Source: Trueperaceae bacterium
GTDB taxonomy: Bacteria; Deinococcota; Deinococci; Deinococcales; Trueperaceae
Direction of reading: 5' to 3'
NCBI GenBank assembly: GCA_034521815.1
Contig: JAXHLW010000013.1
Span: 1,792,001 to 1,856,000, forward strand
Length of the DNA stretch: 64,000 nt
Positions 18,897-28,368 of the stretch are shown piece after piece. The stretch's first letter is position 1. Each line of letters begins with the position of its first letter. The notes beneath the pieces were generated by a model that saw nothing but the letters and a program-made list of their open reading frames with translations, had not been told where the DNA came from and did no database searches. A program made the position numbers and the translations under genes.

Positions 18897-19766
18897 CTAC
18901 CACCGGTAGTGCCGAATCTGCTCCCCGCGCTCGGCGATCTCGCTCATCGCCTTGATGCCGATCTCGATGTGGCGGTCGGTGTGGTCGCGGAACACCGCCC
19001 GCGCCGACTCGCGCGTCTTGACGCCGCCCTTGCGGAGCGGCAGGTCCGAGACCAGCAGCAACGCCCCGATCGGGACCTTGGACGCGAACCCGACCGAGAA
19101 CAGCGTCGCGGTCTCCATGTCGATCGCCAGCGCACGCTCCTCGTACAGCGCCGCCTTGAACCGCTCGTCGAACTCCCAGAAACGGTAGTCGGTCGTGTGC
19201 ACCACGCCGGTGCGATAGTCCGCCCCGGCCTCGACGATGATCTGCGACACGAACTTCTGGATCTTGAACGTCGGCAACGCCGGCACCTGCGGCGGCATGA
19301 AGTGCTTGGACGACCCCTCGTCGCGAATGGCGGCGGTCGGAAGCACGAAGTCGCCCACCACCAACGACCGGTGAAGTCCGCCGCAGATGCCCAGGAACAG
19401 CGTGGCCTTGGGCTCGGCCGTGGCCAGCACCTCGATGATCAGCGCCGCGACCGGACTGCCGATCGAAAAGTCGATGATCGACACGCCCAGGCGCTCGCTA
19501 TGCGCAGCGCCCATCGCCGACCCGCGCGTCGTGGTGGCGTCGCCCGCCAGCGCCTCGAAGCGCTCCGCGTAGTACGCGAAGTTCGTCAGGATGATCTGCT
19601 TTTGGAACCCCTCCGGCGGCGTGCCGGTGTAGCGCTCCAGGAACTCGCGGCCGATACGCCACTTCTCGCGGTTCGCGTAGATCTGGTTCTGGGTCGAAGG
19701 ACGCCCAGCAGGCGATTCGTGCCGCATCGACTCCGGGGCGGGCGTGGCGTCGTCGTCTCGCTCCAT
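18897..19766 (-). CDS. amn: AMP nucleosidase (short type)
   Basis: LERYTG, IILTNF, IGSPVAALI, LPTAAIRDEGSS, AIDMETATLF, LLVSDLP, IRHYRW. Confidence 0.88.
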   Translation of the reverse strand: MERDDDATPAPESMRHESPAGRPSTQNQIYANREKWRIGREFLERYTGTPPEGFQKQIILTNFAYYAERFEALAGDATTTRGSAMGAAHSERLGVSIIDFSIGSPVAALIIEVLATAEPKATLFLGICGGLHRSLVVGDFVLPTAAIRDEGSSKHFMPPQVPALPTFKIQKFVSQIIVEAGADYRTGVVHTTDYRFWEFDERFKAALYEERALAIDMETATLFSVGFASKVPIGALLLVSDLPLRKGGVKTRESARAVFRDHTDRHIEIGIKAMSEIAERGEQIRHYRW

Positions 19767-19801
19767 GCGCCATGCTAGCGCGGACGGCCCGGCCCGCCCG
19801 A

Positions 19802-21115
19802 TCAGGCCGCGTCGCGGAACACGCCGGCGGCGGGTCGGTAGCGCCAGGCCAGCGTCGCGGCGCGCGCGACCATCAGGCCCACCAGCGCCCACCACACGCC
19901 GTTCAGGCCCCAGCCCAGCGGCAGCACGCCGGCCAGCAGCGCGCCCGCGACCAGCGCGGAGAGGACCATCGCGACGGCCAGGAACGCGAAGTCTTCGATC
20001 GCCATGAACACGCCGTCCCAGACGAACACCAGCGCGTTCAGCGGCTGCATCGCGGCGACGAACGGGAAGATCGCCAGCACCTGCGCCACCACCGCCGGAT
20101 CGTCGCTGAACGCGGTCGCCAGCCACGGGCGCGCGATCCAGAACGCCGCGCCCAGCGCGATGCCGACACCGAGCCCCAGCAGCAGCAGCCGGTCGGACAC
20201 GGCGCGAGCCTCGGCGGCCCGCCCCTCGCCCACGTAGCGGGCCACCAGCGCCTGCGCCGCGATGGCCAACGCGTCAACGATCAGCGCCATGAACATCCAC
20301 AGCTGCGCCGCGACCTGATGGGCGGCCACTTCGAGCACGCCCAGCCGGGTCGCCACGGCGGTCGCCGCCGTCATCGCGGCGATCAGCGAGAAGGTGCGGA
20401 TCAGCAGCGCCCAGCCGACCCTCAAGAACGGCGTCAGCTCGGCTGGCGTGGGAAGCGCCCACGGCACCTGCCAGGTCCGGCGCAAGCGGCCGTAGACCAG
20501 GGCCAAGAACGCCAGAGCTCCCGCCCATTGCGCGATCATCGTCGCCCAGGCCGCCCCGATCAGGCCCCAGCCGAACACGAAGATGAACAGCGGGTCGAGG
20601 ACCAGGTTCACCGCCGCGACCATCGACGTCACGATCAGCGGCGTGCGGGTGTCCTGGTGCCCCCGGAACGCGCCGTTGGCCGCCGTGATCAGCAGCAACG
20701 CCGGACCGGCCAGCGCCCGCACCCGCAGGTATCCCGTCGCCGGCCCCAGCAGCGCCTCGTCGGCGCCCATCGCGCGCAGGATCGGCACCGCCAGCAGCTG
20801 CAGCAACGTCAGCGCGATCACGCCCGCCACCGCCGCCAGCACGAACGCGTTCGCGACGACGCGGCCGGCGGCGGCCCGGTCGCCCCGGCCCAGGGCCCGC
20901 GCCACCATCGGCGTGGTCCCGTAGGCGAGAAAGTTGAACACGATGAACGCGAACGAGAACACCGCCACGTTCACGCCCAGCGCCGCGAGCGGCACACGGC
21001 CCAGCCGGCCCACGAACGCGGTGTCGATCAGCGACACCAGCGGATCGGCCGCCAGAGCGCCCAGGGCGGGGACGGCCAGCGCCAGGATCTCGCGGTCGTA
21101 GCGGCGGCTCAGCAC
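19802..21115 (-). CDS. MATE family efflux transporter (DinF-like)
   Basis: LAVPALGALAADPLVSLIDTAFVGRLG, FRGHQDTRTP, AAHQV. Confidence 0.92.
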   Translation of the reverse strand: MLSRRYDREILALAVPALGALAADPLVSLIDTAFVGRLGRVPLAALGVNVAVFSFAFIVFNFLAYGTTPMVARALGRGDRAAAGRVVANAFVLAAVAGVIALTLLQLLAVPILRAMGADEALLGPATGYLRVRALAGPALLLITAANGAFRGHQDTRTPLIVTSMVAAVNLVLDPLFIFVFGWGLIGAAWATMIAQWAGALAFLALVYGRLRRTWQVPWALPTPAELTPFLRVGWALLIRTFSLIAAMTAATAVATRLGVLEVAAHQVAAQLWMFMALIVDALAIAAQALVARYVGEGRAAEARAVSDRLLLLGLGVGIALGAAFWIARPWLATAFSDDPAVVAQVLAIFPFVAAMQPLNALVFVWDGVFMAIEDFAFLAVAMVLSALVAGALLAGVLPLGWGLNGVWWALVGLMVARAATLAWRYRPAAGVFRDAA

Positions 21116-21182
21116 CTGCGGAGCCTACCCCGCCGGCCTCGCCTGTCCCTGCCGGTTCGCCGTCGTCACGATCGTGGAGGGC

Positions 21183-22460
21183 TCAGACCTCCACCGTGTC
21201 GATCGTCACCTCGCCCTCCAGCGTCCGGTGGACGGGGCACCTGTCCGCGATCTCCATCAGGCGGCCTCGCTGCTCGTCGTCCAGGTCGCCGACGAGACGG
21301 ACTCGGCGCTCGAAGGTGGTGTGCACCGTTCCCTGCTTGCGTTCGCTGTTCGAGTCGACCTCGACCTCGATCGACGTCACGGGCCATTTCTTGCGGTCGG
21401 CATACATGCGCAGCGTGATCGACGTGCACGACGCCAGCGCGACGCGCATCAGCTCGTTGGGCGTGGGTCCCGTGTCCGTCCCGCCGACCTTCTCGGGCTC
21501 GTCGGCGCGGAGCGGGAATCCGCCGGCGTAGGCGTCGGTCGCGTAACCCTCGCCGGTCACGGCCCGCGTGGTCCGCTCGTCGAGGCGCCTGCGTGCGTCG
21601 TCCCGCTGCGCGACTCCGTCGGTCGCGGCTCGGGCGGTCGCGGCTCGGCCGGTCGCGGCTCGGGCGGTCGCGCGCGTCCCCTGCGCGTCTCCCGACGCCT
21701 CCAACGTCGCCGCGGCCCACGCTCCGATGGCGTGGCCCGCGAAGCGGGCGTCGGCCTCGCGCGACAGCAGGTGGTCGGCCTGTCCCAGCGACACGTACGA
21801 CTTGCGGGGGTGCTTGGCCGCCTTGAACAGGCGCTCGGCATGCTCGATGCCGACCACCTTGTCGGTCACCGCGTGGAGCACCGCGACGGGAACCTTCAGC
21901 CCGTGCAGGCACTGCAGCGGCGTGCGCGCGTCCAACTCGTCGAAGAACCGCTTGGGCAGCTGGAACGAGCGCCCCGCCAGGACGGTCTCGATCGACTCGC
22001 CCTCCTGGAGCTCGGCGGGGTCGCCGGTCACCAGCTGCCGGACGTGGCCGGGGTCCGAGGGCGTGCCGATCGTGGCGACCGCGGCCAGCGACGGAAGCCG
22101 CTCGGCGACCAGCAGTGCAGCCACACCGCCCAGCGAGTGCCCGATCAGCAGCGACGGCGCAGCGATCTCCTCGCTCAGCCAACCCGCCGCGTCCTCGAGA
22201 TCGTCGGCGTCGCCGCCCAGCCCCTCCTCGGCGAAGTCGCCCTCGCTCTCGCCCAGGCCGGTGAAGTCCAGCCGCAAGACGGCGAAGCCGTGCTCCGTCA
22301 AGGTCCGGCTCAGACGGACCAGCCCCTTGAGGTCCTTGCCGCAGGTGAAGCAGTGCGCCAACAGAGCGGTGGCCGACGCCTGGCCGCCGTCCGGGAGCTC
22401 CAGACGGGCGGCCAGGCGTCGGCCGCGACGATTCTCGAATTCGATGCTGCGAGTGGCCAT
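21183..22460 (-). CDS. Bifunctional alpha/beta hydrolase - OsmC family protein
   Basis: AHCFTCGKD, DFTGLGESEGDF, GHSLGG; C-terminal ADEP...GPTP, LASCTSITLRMYA, CPVHRTL. Confidence 0.92.
   Translation of the reverse strand: MATRSIEFENRRGRRLAARLELPDGGQASATALLAHCFTCGKDLKGLVRLSRTLTEHGFAVLRLDFTGLGESEGDFAEEGLGGDADDLEDAAGWLSEEIAAPSLLIGHSLGGVAALLVAERLPSLAAVATIGTPSDPGHVRQLVTGDPAELQEGESIETVLAGRSFQLPKRFFDELDARTPLQCLHGLKVPVAVLHAVTDKVVGIEHAERLFKAAKHPRKSYVSLGQADHLLSREADARFAGHAIGAWAAATLEASGDAQGTRATARAATGRAATARAATDGVAQRDDARRRLDERTTRAVTGEGYATDAYAGGFPLRADEPEKVGGTDTGPTPNELMRVALASCTSITLRMYADRKKWPVTSIEVEVDSNSERKQGTVHTTFERRVRLVGDLDDEQRGRLMEIADRCPVHRTLEGEVTIDTVEV
21621..21672. repeat. Tandem repeat, about 3.5 x 15 bp (GGTCGCGGCTCGGSC), in the interdomain linker
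   Basis: Read directly; encodes RATAR/AATGR-type repeats between the hydrolase and OsmC domains. Confidence 0.8.
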
Positions 22461-22515
22461 GCCGGAAGCCTAGCCTGCGCCCCACGACGTGCCTGTCGGG
22501 ATTCCGACCACGCGC

Positions 22516-23667
22516 TCAGCCCAGCAGCTTCTCGATCCGGCGCAGCGCCTCGCGCACGTTCTCGGTGCTGGTCGCGTAGCTGAGGCGCCCGAAGCCGGGC
22601 GCGGCGAAGTCCGTGCCGGGGACCACGCCGACGTGCGCCTCCTCCAGCAGGCGCAGCGCGGCGGTGCCCTCGTCCGGATCGATCGGCGTCATGTCCGCCA
22701 TGGCGTAGAACGCCCCGTGCGGCATCGGCGTGGCCAGCCCCAGCGCGTTGAGGCCCTCGACCAGGATGCCGCGGCGCTCCCGGTAGGCAGCCCGCGTCTC
22801 GGCCTGGAACGCGGCGGTTTTCTCGACCTCGTTCAGGGCGGCGACGGTGGCGTGCTGCGCCAAGGCGTTCGCGCCGCTCGTGACCTGACCCTGAAGACGG
22901 GTCATCGACTTGATCAGCGGCTTCGGACCCACCCCCCAGCCGATCCTCCAGCCCGTCAGGGCGTAGCCCTTCGAGGCGCCGTGCACGGTCAGCGTGCCAT
23001 CCGGATAGAGCGGCTGGACGGGCGTGAACTCGCCCTCGTAGATCAGGTGCTCGTACAGGTCGTCGCTGATCAGCCAGACGCCGTGCTCGCGCGCCAGGGC
23101 GGCCAGGGCCTCGACCACCTCGCGCGGGTACACCGCGCCGGTCGGGTTGGACGGGCTGTTCAGGATCAGGGCCTTCGTGCGCGGCGTGAACGCGGCGGCG
23201 ACGGCGTCCGGATCGGGCACGAAGCCGTCCTCGGCACGGGCCTCGACCGGCACCACCACGCCGCCGGCGACCTCGACCTGAGCGGGGTACGACACCCAGT
23301 ACGGGGCGATCAGGATCACCTCGTCGCCGGGGTCGACCATCGCCTGGATCGCGTTGTAGAGGACCTGCTTGCCGCCGGTGCCGACGATCACCTCGGACGG
23401 ATCGGCGCTCCAGCCGTTCTCGCGGGCGTGCTTCGCGACGATCGCCTCGCGCAGCTCGTGGGTTCCTTCGGCCGGCGTGTACTTCGTCAATCCCAGCTCG
23501 ATCGCCTCGCGCGCCGCGTCCAGCACGTGCGCGGGCGGCTGGAAGTCGGGCTCCCCTGCGGTCATGGCGATCACGTCGACGCCCTGACGGCGCATCTCGG
23601 CGGCCTTCGCGGCGAACGCGACGGTCGACGACGCACGAACGTTCTGAATCCGATCCGACAGCTGCAT
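22516..23667 (-). CDS. aspC: Class I PLP-dependent aminotransferase (aspartate/prephenate type)
   Basis: GEPDF, KYTPAEG, NSPSNPTGAVY, SDDLY, GASKGYALTGWRIG, VVPG. Confidence 0.88.
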   Translation of the reverse strand: MQLSDRIQNVRASSTVAFAAKAAEMRRQGVDVIAMTAGEPDFQPPAHVLDAAREAIELGLTKYTPAEGTHELREAIVAKHARENGWSADPSEVIVGTGGKQVLYNAIQAMVDPGDEVILIAPYWVSYPAQVEVAGGVVVPVEARAEDGFVPDPDAVAAAFTPRTKALILNSPSNPTGAVYPREVVEALAALAREHGVWLISDDLYEHLIYEGEFTPVQPLYPDGTLTVHGASKGYALTGWRIGWGVGPKPLIKSMTRLQGQVTSGANALAQHATVAALNEVEKTAAFQAETRAAYRERRGILVEGLNALGLATPMPHGAFYAMADMTPIDPDEGTAALRLLEEAHVGVVPGTDFAAPGFGRLSYATSTENVREALRRIEKLLG

Positions 23668-23764
23668 GCGGCCTCCTGGTGGACGCGCGCGAGCCAGGCG
23701 GCGGCACGCGTCGCGTGGCATCCTAGCAGGACGTGACCTGGGCGTGCGCGCCCGGGAAGGAGCC

Positions 23765-23824
23765 ACCGTGCCCACTGCAACTGTGCCCACGGCAACCATG
23801 CCCACAGCAACCATGCCCACGGCA
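23765..23824. repeat. Tandem repeat, 4 x 15 bp, spanning the SDR start codon
   Basis: Encodes TVPTA-TVPTA-TMPTA-TMPTA. Confidence 0.8.
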
Positions 23825-24604
23825 CTCGTCACCGGCGCGTCGTCCGGAATCGGCCTGGAGCTGGCCCGCGCCTTCGCGCGCCGCGATCACGACCTCGTCC
23901 TCACCGCCCGGAGCCGCGACGCGCTTCACGCCTTGGCCGACGAGCTGCACGCCGCGCACGGCGTCGCGGTCGAGGTGGTGCCGGAGGACCTCGCGCGGCC
24001 CGGCGGTCCGGCCGCCCTGGTCGACGCGCTAACGGCCGGCGGACACCGGATCGACGTCCTCGTGAACAACGCCGGCTTCGCGACGCACGGGCGTTTCGAC
24101 GACATCGCGCTGGAGACCGGCATCGAGGAGGCGCGCCTGAACATGCTCGCGCCCACCTGGCTGATGAAACGGCTGCTGCCCGGAATGGTGCGGCGCGGAA
24201 CGGGCGGCGTGCTGAACGTCGCCTCGACCGCCGGGTTCCAGCCGGGACCCGGCATGGCCGTGTACTACGCGACGAAGGCGTACGTCCTGCACCTCAGCGA
24301 AGCGGTCGCGGAGGAGCTGGCAGGCAGCGGCGTGACGATCACCGCGCTCTGCCCCGGCCCGACCGAGAGCGGGTTCCAGGCCCGGGCGGGCATGGAGGGC
24401 TCACGGCTCGAGCGACGCCGGGGCCTGTTCCAGCATCCCGCCGACGTCGCCGAGGCGGGCGTCCGCGCGTTCGAAAGGGGCCAGCGCGTGTACGTGCCGG
24501 GCACGGCGAACCGGCTGGCGGCCCTGGCCCCTCGGCTTCTGCCGCGGGCGTGGACCACGAAACTCATCGGCTGGCTGCACGAGCGCCCGGGCGAGACGCC
24601 CTAG
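23813..24604 (+). CDS. Short-chain dehydrogenase/reductase
   Basis: TGASSGIG, VNNAG, YYATK, LCPGPT. The start is uncertain because the start-codon unit is duplicated. Confidence 0.9.
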   Translation: MPTALVTGASSGIGLELARAFARRDHDLVLTARSRDALHALADELHAAHGVAVEVVPEDLARPGGPAALVDALTAGGHRIDVLVNNAGFATHGRFDDIALETGIEEARLNMLAPTWLMKRLLPGMVRRGTGGVLNVASTAGFQPGPGMAVYYATKAYVLHLSEAVAEELAGSGVTITALCPGPTESGFQARAGMEGSRLERRRGLFQHPADVAEAGVRAFERGQRVYVPGTANRLAALAPRLLPRAWTTKLIGWLHERPGETP

Positions 24605-24633
24605 CCCGGATCGCTCAGCCCGGATCGCTCAGC

Positions 24634-25047
24634 TCAGCTCAGCTCGGGGAAGAACAGGCCGATCTCGCGCACCGCGGTGCCGGGCGCGTCGGAGCCGTGC
24701 GCGACGTTCTCGTCGATCGTGGTGGCGAAGTCGCCCCGGATCGTGCCGGGGGCGGCGTCGGCGGGGTTGGTGGCGCCCATCATGCCGCGCCAGCCGGCGA
24801 TGGCGTTCTCGCCCTCGAGCACCATGGCGACGACGGGGCCGCCGGTGATGAACTCGACGAGACCGTCGAAGAACGGCTTGCCGGCGTGCTCGCCGTAGTG
24901 CTTCTCGGCGGTGGCGCGCGGGATCGTCATCTGTTTGAGGGCGATCACGTCGTAGCCCTTGGCCTCGATGCGCGAGACGAGCTCGCCCACGAGGCGACGG
25001 CGGACGCCGTCAGGCTTGATCATGGCGAAGGTGCGTTCGATGCTCAT
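24634..25047 (-). CDS. ndk: Nucleoside-diphosphate kinase
   Basis: [36 protein letters not shown]. Confidence 0.97.
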   Translation of the reverse strand: MSIERTFAMIKPDGVRRRLVGELVSRIEAKGYDVIALKQMTIPRATAEKHYGEHAGKPFFDGLVEFITGGPVVAMVLEGENAIAGWRGMMGATNPADAAPGTIRGDFATTIDENVAHGSDAPGTAVREIGLFFPELS

Positions 25048-25137
25048 GGGCCGGAATCTACCACGCGTCCGGCACGGCGGGCCGCGTCCCCGGGTGGGAC
25101 GCCGACGGACGACGCTCGTCGGCCGTTCCGGCGGCCC

Positions 25138-25731
25138 TCAGCCGGCCACGATCGCGTCGAGCTGCGCCAGGTGGTTCAGGTCGTGTCCGGCCAGGAACCG
25201 CACCAGCTCGTCGACCGTCTCGGTCTCATCGCGCTCGGGATGGTGGTACGACGCCAGCCAGTCCGCCAGCTCCAGCCGGGCGAGCCACGCCAGGTTCCAG
25301 GCGCGCAGCGCGCCGAACGACGCGATGGCCAGCGCCGGATCCATGCGCGAGTAGGCACGTGCCCAGGCGTCCTGGTCGTACGGCTGCGCGACGTGGAGCG
25401 GCCGAGGGCGTCCTGCCTGCGCGCCATCCGTCCCGCTCCCTTCCGCATGAGACGCTTCCGCATCGGACCCTTCCCCATCGGCCGCGTCCGCCTCGCGAGC
25501 CAGGGCGGCCGCCGCCACCGCCTGCCGTGCCCGGAACGAGAACCCGATCTCCTGGTCGCTCAGGTGCGCCACGATCTCGCGGCCGGTCCAGCCGCCCGGT
25601 CGCCAGGGGGCGTTCCAGTCGGTGCGCGGGTCGGCAGCGGCCGCGTCCAGCCGCGCCGGCGTGGCCCGGAGCGTGACGATGGGGTCTCGGTCGCCCAGCA
25701 GGGCGGCGAGGCGGGCGAGGTACGGATCCAT
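25138..25731 (-). CDS. DinB/YfiT-like putative metal-dependent protein
   Basis: GWTGREIVAHL, QPYDQDAWA, HPER, AGHDLNHLAQL. Confidence 0.82.
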   Translation of the reverse strand: MDPYLARLAALLGDRDPIVTLRATPARLDAAAADPRTDWNAPWRPGGWTGREIVAHLSDQEIGFSFRARQAVAAAALAREADAADGEGSDAEASHAEGSGTDGAQAGRPRPLHVAQPYDQDAWARAYSRMDPALAIASFGALRAWNLAWLARLELADWLASYHHPERDETETVDELVRFLAGHDLNHLAQLDAIVAG

Positions 25732-25775
25732 GCGCGGCAGGCTAGCACCCGTCGTCGCGAGACGGGGGCGCTGGC

Positions 25776-26825
25776 TCATTCCTCGGGCGAGGCGACGGGC
25801 AGATCGCCGTCGTCGAACGCCGCGCGAACCGCCGCGACGACCTGCGGATCGAACTGGGTACCGGCCTGAGCCTCGAGCTCCGCCATCGCCGCGGCCGGCG
25901 TGCGCGCCGCCTGGTGGCTGCGGTGGTACGTCATCACGTCGAACGCGTCCACCGCCGCCACGATCCGTCCCTCGAGCGGGATCGCCTCGCCCTTCAGCCC
26001 CTCGGGGTAGCCGCCGCCGTCCCACCGCTCGTGATGCGTCAGCGCCACCGAAGCCGCGAGTCGCAGCAGCGGCGCGCTACCGCCGCTCAGCAGCCGGTGA
26101 CCGACCGCGGAATGCGTCCGAACGACGGACAGCTCCTGCGGCGTGAGCTTGCCCGGCTTGAGAAGGATCCCGTCAGGGACAGCGATCTTGCCGACATCGT
26201 GCAGTCGGGCGGCCCGGACCAACAGCGCGCGCCAGCCGGGATCCGCTCCCAGCCTGGCAGCCACCAGCTCGGAGCCGCGCGCGACCCGCCAGACGTGGCG
26301 GCCGGCCTGATCGTCGCGGTACTCGGCGACGAGCGCCAGGCGGGCCAGCGTCTCGACGTGCGCCCGCTCGAGCTCCAAGGTGCGCTCGCGCACCAGCCGC
26401 TCCAGCCGGTCGTTCTCGTTCTGAAGCTGCCGATGGAACGAGCGGGCCTCGAGCAGGTTGTGAATGCGCAGCAGCACCTCGGCGCTGCGTACCGGCTTGG
26501 CGAGGAAGTCGCGCACCCCGGACGCCAGGGCGCGCTCGCGCAGGTCGAGGCGCTCGTCCGCGGTGAGCATCAGGATCGGCAGGTAGCTCGGCATCAGGGG
26601 CTGCAGCGCGTGGACCACCTCGAGGCCGTCCATGCCCGGCATGTGGAAGTCGGTGAGGACCAGGTCGGGCTGCACCTCGCGGAACCGCTCGACCGACCGG
26701 GTCGGATCGTTCAGCGTGTGGACGTTCCGGTAGCCGTCGCGCGTCAGGATGCTGCGCAGCACGACGAGGTTCGACTCCTCGTCGTCGATCAGGAGGATCG
26801 ACATGCGTTTCAAGTCGTCGGACAC
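25776..26825 (-). CDS. Response regulator with HD-GYP output domain (RpfG-like)
   Basis: ILLIDD, DFHMPGMDG, KP; LHDVGK, HHERWDGGGYP. Confidence 0.92.
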   Translation of the reverse strand: MSDDLKRMSILLIDDEESNLVVLRSILTRDGYRNVHTLNDPTRSVERFREVQPDLVLTDFHMPGMDGLEVVHALQPLMPSYLPILMLTADERLDLRERALASGVRDFLAKPVRSAEVLLRIHNLLEARSFHRQLQNENDRLERLVRERTLELERAHVETLARLALVAEYRDDQAGRHVWRVARGSELVAARLGADPGWRALLVRAARLHDVGKIAVPDGILLKPGKLTPQELSVVRTHSAVGHRLLSGGSAPLLRLAASVALTHHERWDGGGYPEGLKGEAIPLEGRIVAAVDAFDVMTYHRSHQAARTPAAAMAELEAQAGTQFDPQVVAAVRAAFDDGDLPVASPEE

Positions 26826-26901
26826 GCCGCTACCATAGCGTCCGGGGCGGACGGCGGGAATGAATTCTGCCCGCCCCGGTGCACGGTCGTGCGGCTCTAC
26901 C

Positions 26902-28368
26902 TCAGAGTCCGGCGCGGATCACCACCCGAACCCCTTCGAGAAGCCCGTACCAGACGCTCGGGAACAGGCCCAGGGCGACCGTGCCGGCGGCGGCCAGACC
27001 GATGGCCCAATTCGCGGGCGCGCTGCGCAGGGGCGTGCCCTCACCGCCCTTCGCCAGCCACATGGCCCAGACGACGCGCAGGTAGTACACGACGGCCACC
27101 ACGGCGGTGATCAGCGCCAGCACCGCCAGCGCGGTCCAGCCCGCCTGCAGCGCGGCTTGCACGGCCAGCGCCTTGCCGAAGAACCCGGCCAGCGGCGGGA
27201 GCCCGGCCAGACTGAACAGGAACAGCGTCATGGCGATCGCCAGGCCGGGCCGGCGCGTGCCGAGGCCCTCCCAGGCCTCGATCCGGTCGCCGCGCGGGTC
27301 GTCGCCCATCACCTGGCTCAGCACCGCGAACGCGCCCGCGTTCATCACCGTGTACGCCAGCAGGTACCAGGCGACGGTCTGCTGCCCCAGCATGCCCTGG
27401 CCGGCGGCCAGGACGGCCAGGCCCAGGTAGCCCGCGTGCGCCACGGCCGAGTAGGCCAGCATGCGCTTCACGCCGCTCTGCAGCAGCGCGCCGAAGTTCC
27501 CGACCAGGAGCGTCAGCGCCACCAGCGCGGCCAGGATCGTGTCCAGCTCCGGCAGCGCTTGCGGCCACGCCAGCGCGAACACGCGCACCAACGCGCCGAA
27601 CGCCGCCGCCTTGACGACGACGCTCATGAACGCCGTCACCGGGGTAGGCGCTCCGGTGTACACGTCCGGCGCCCACTGGTGGAACGGCGCGAACGAGACC
27701 TTGAACCCCAGGCCGGCCAGGACCAGGACGCCGCCCAACAGCGCCAGCGGCGCGGTCGGTCCCTCGCCCAGCGCCGCAGCGACCGCCGTGTACGCGAACG
27801 CACCGGTGGCGCCGTACACGAGCGCGACGCCGTAGATCAGCACGGCGGAGGCGAACGCGCCCAGCAGGAAGTACTTCAGGCCGGCCTCTTCGCTCTGGCG
27901 GTCGCCGTCCCGCCAGGCGGACAGCGCGTAGACGGCCAGCGAGAGGATCTCGAGGCCGAGCAACAGCACCACGAAGTCGGCGGCGTGGATCATGACGATG
28001 GCGCCGGCGGTCGCGAGCAGCAGCAGCGGGTAGTACTCGGGCCGGTCCATGCCGGTCCGGGCCAGCGCGTCCCAGCCGATCAGCACGGCCAGGAACGCTC
28101 CGATCAGCACCGTGAGGGCCAGCCCCGCCGAGGGCGCGTCGACCTGCCATTGCAGCCCGAACGAGGTCACGGGGACGCCACCGGCGGCGTCCATCAGCCG
28201 AAGGCCGGCGAACAGAGCGGCCACCAGCAGGCCGAGCACCGCGAGCGCTCCGCCGTTGCGGGCGTCGCCGGTCGTCACGCCGATGAGCAGGGCGGCCGAC
28301 GCGGTGATCAGGAGCGTGAGCAGCGGTGCCAGCGGCAGCAGGGCCATCCCATCGGGGGGCGTGATCAT
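26902..28368 (-). CDS. nuoN: NADH-quinone oxidoreductase subunit N
   Basis: EAGLKYFLLG, FKVSFAPFHQWAPDVYTGAP, KRMLAYS. Confidence 0.95.
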   Translation of the reverse strand: MITPPDGMALLPLAPLLTLLITASAALLIGVTTGDARNGGALAVLGLLVAALFAGLRLMDAAGGVPVTSFGLQWQVDAPSAGLALTVLIGAFLAVLIGWDALARTGMDRPEYYPLLLLATAGAIVMIHAADFVVLLLGLEILSLAVYALSAWRDGDRQSEEAGLKYFLLGAFASAVLIYGVALVYGATGAFAYTAVAAALGEGPTAPLALLGGVLVLAGLGFKVSFAPFHQWAPDVYTGAPTPVTAFMSVVVKAAAFGALVRVFALAWPQALPELDTILAALVALTLLVGNFGALLQSGVKRMLAYSAVAHAGYLGLAVLAAGQGMLGQQTVAWYLLAYTVMNAGAFAVLSQVMGDDPRGDRIEAWEGLGTRRPGLAIAMTLFLFSLAGLPPLAGFFGKALAVQAALQAGWTALAVLALITAVVAVVYYLRVVWAMWLAKGGEGTPLRSAPANWAIGLAAAGTVALGLFPSVWYGLLEGVRVVIRAGL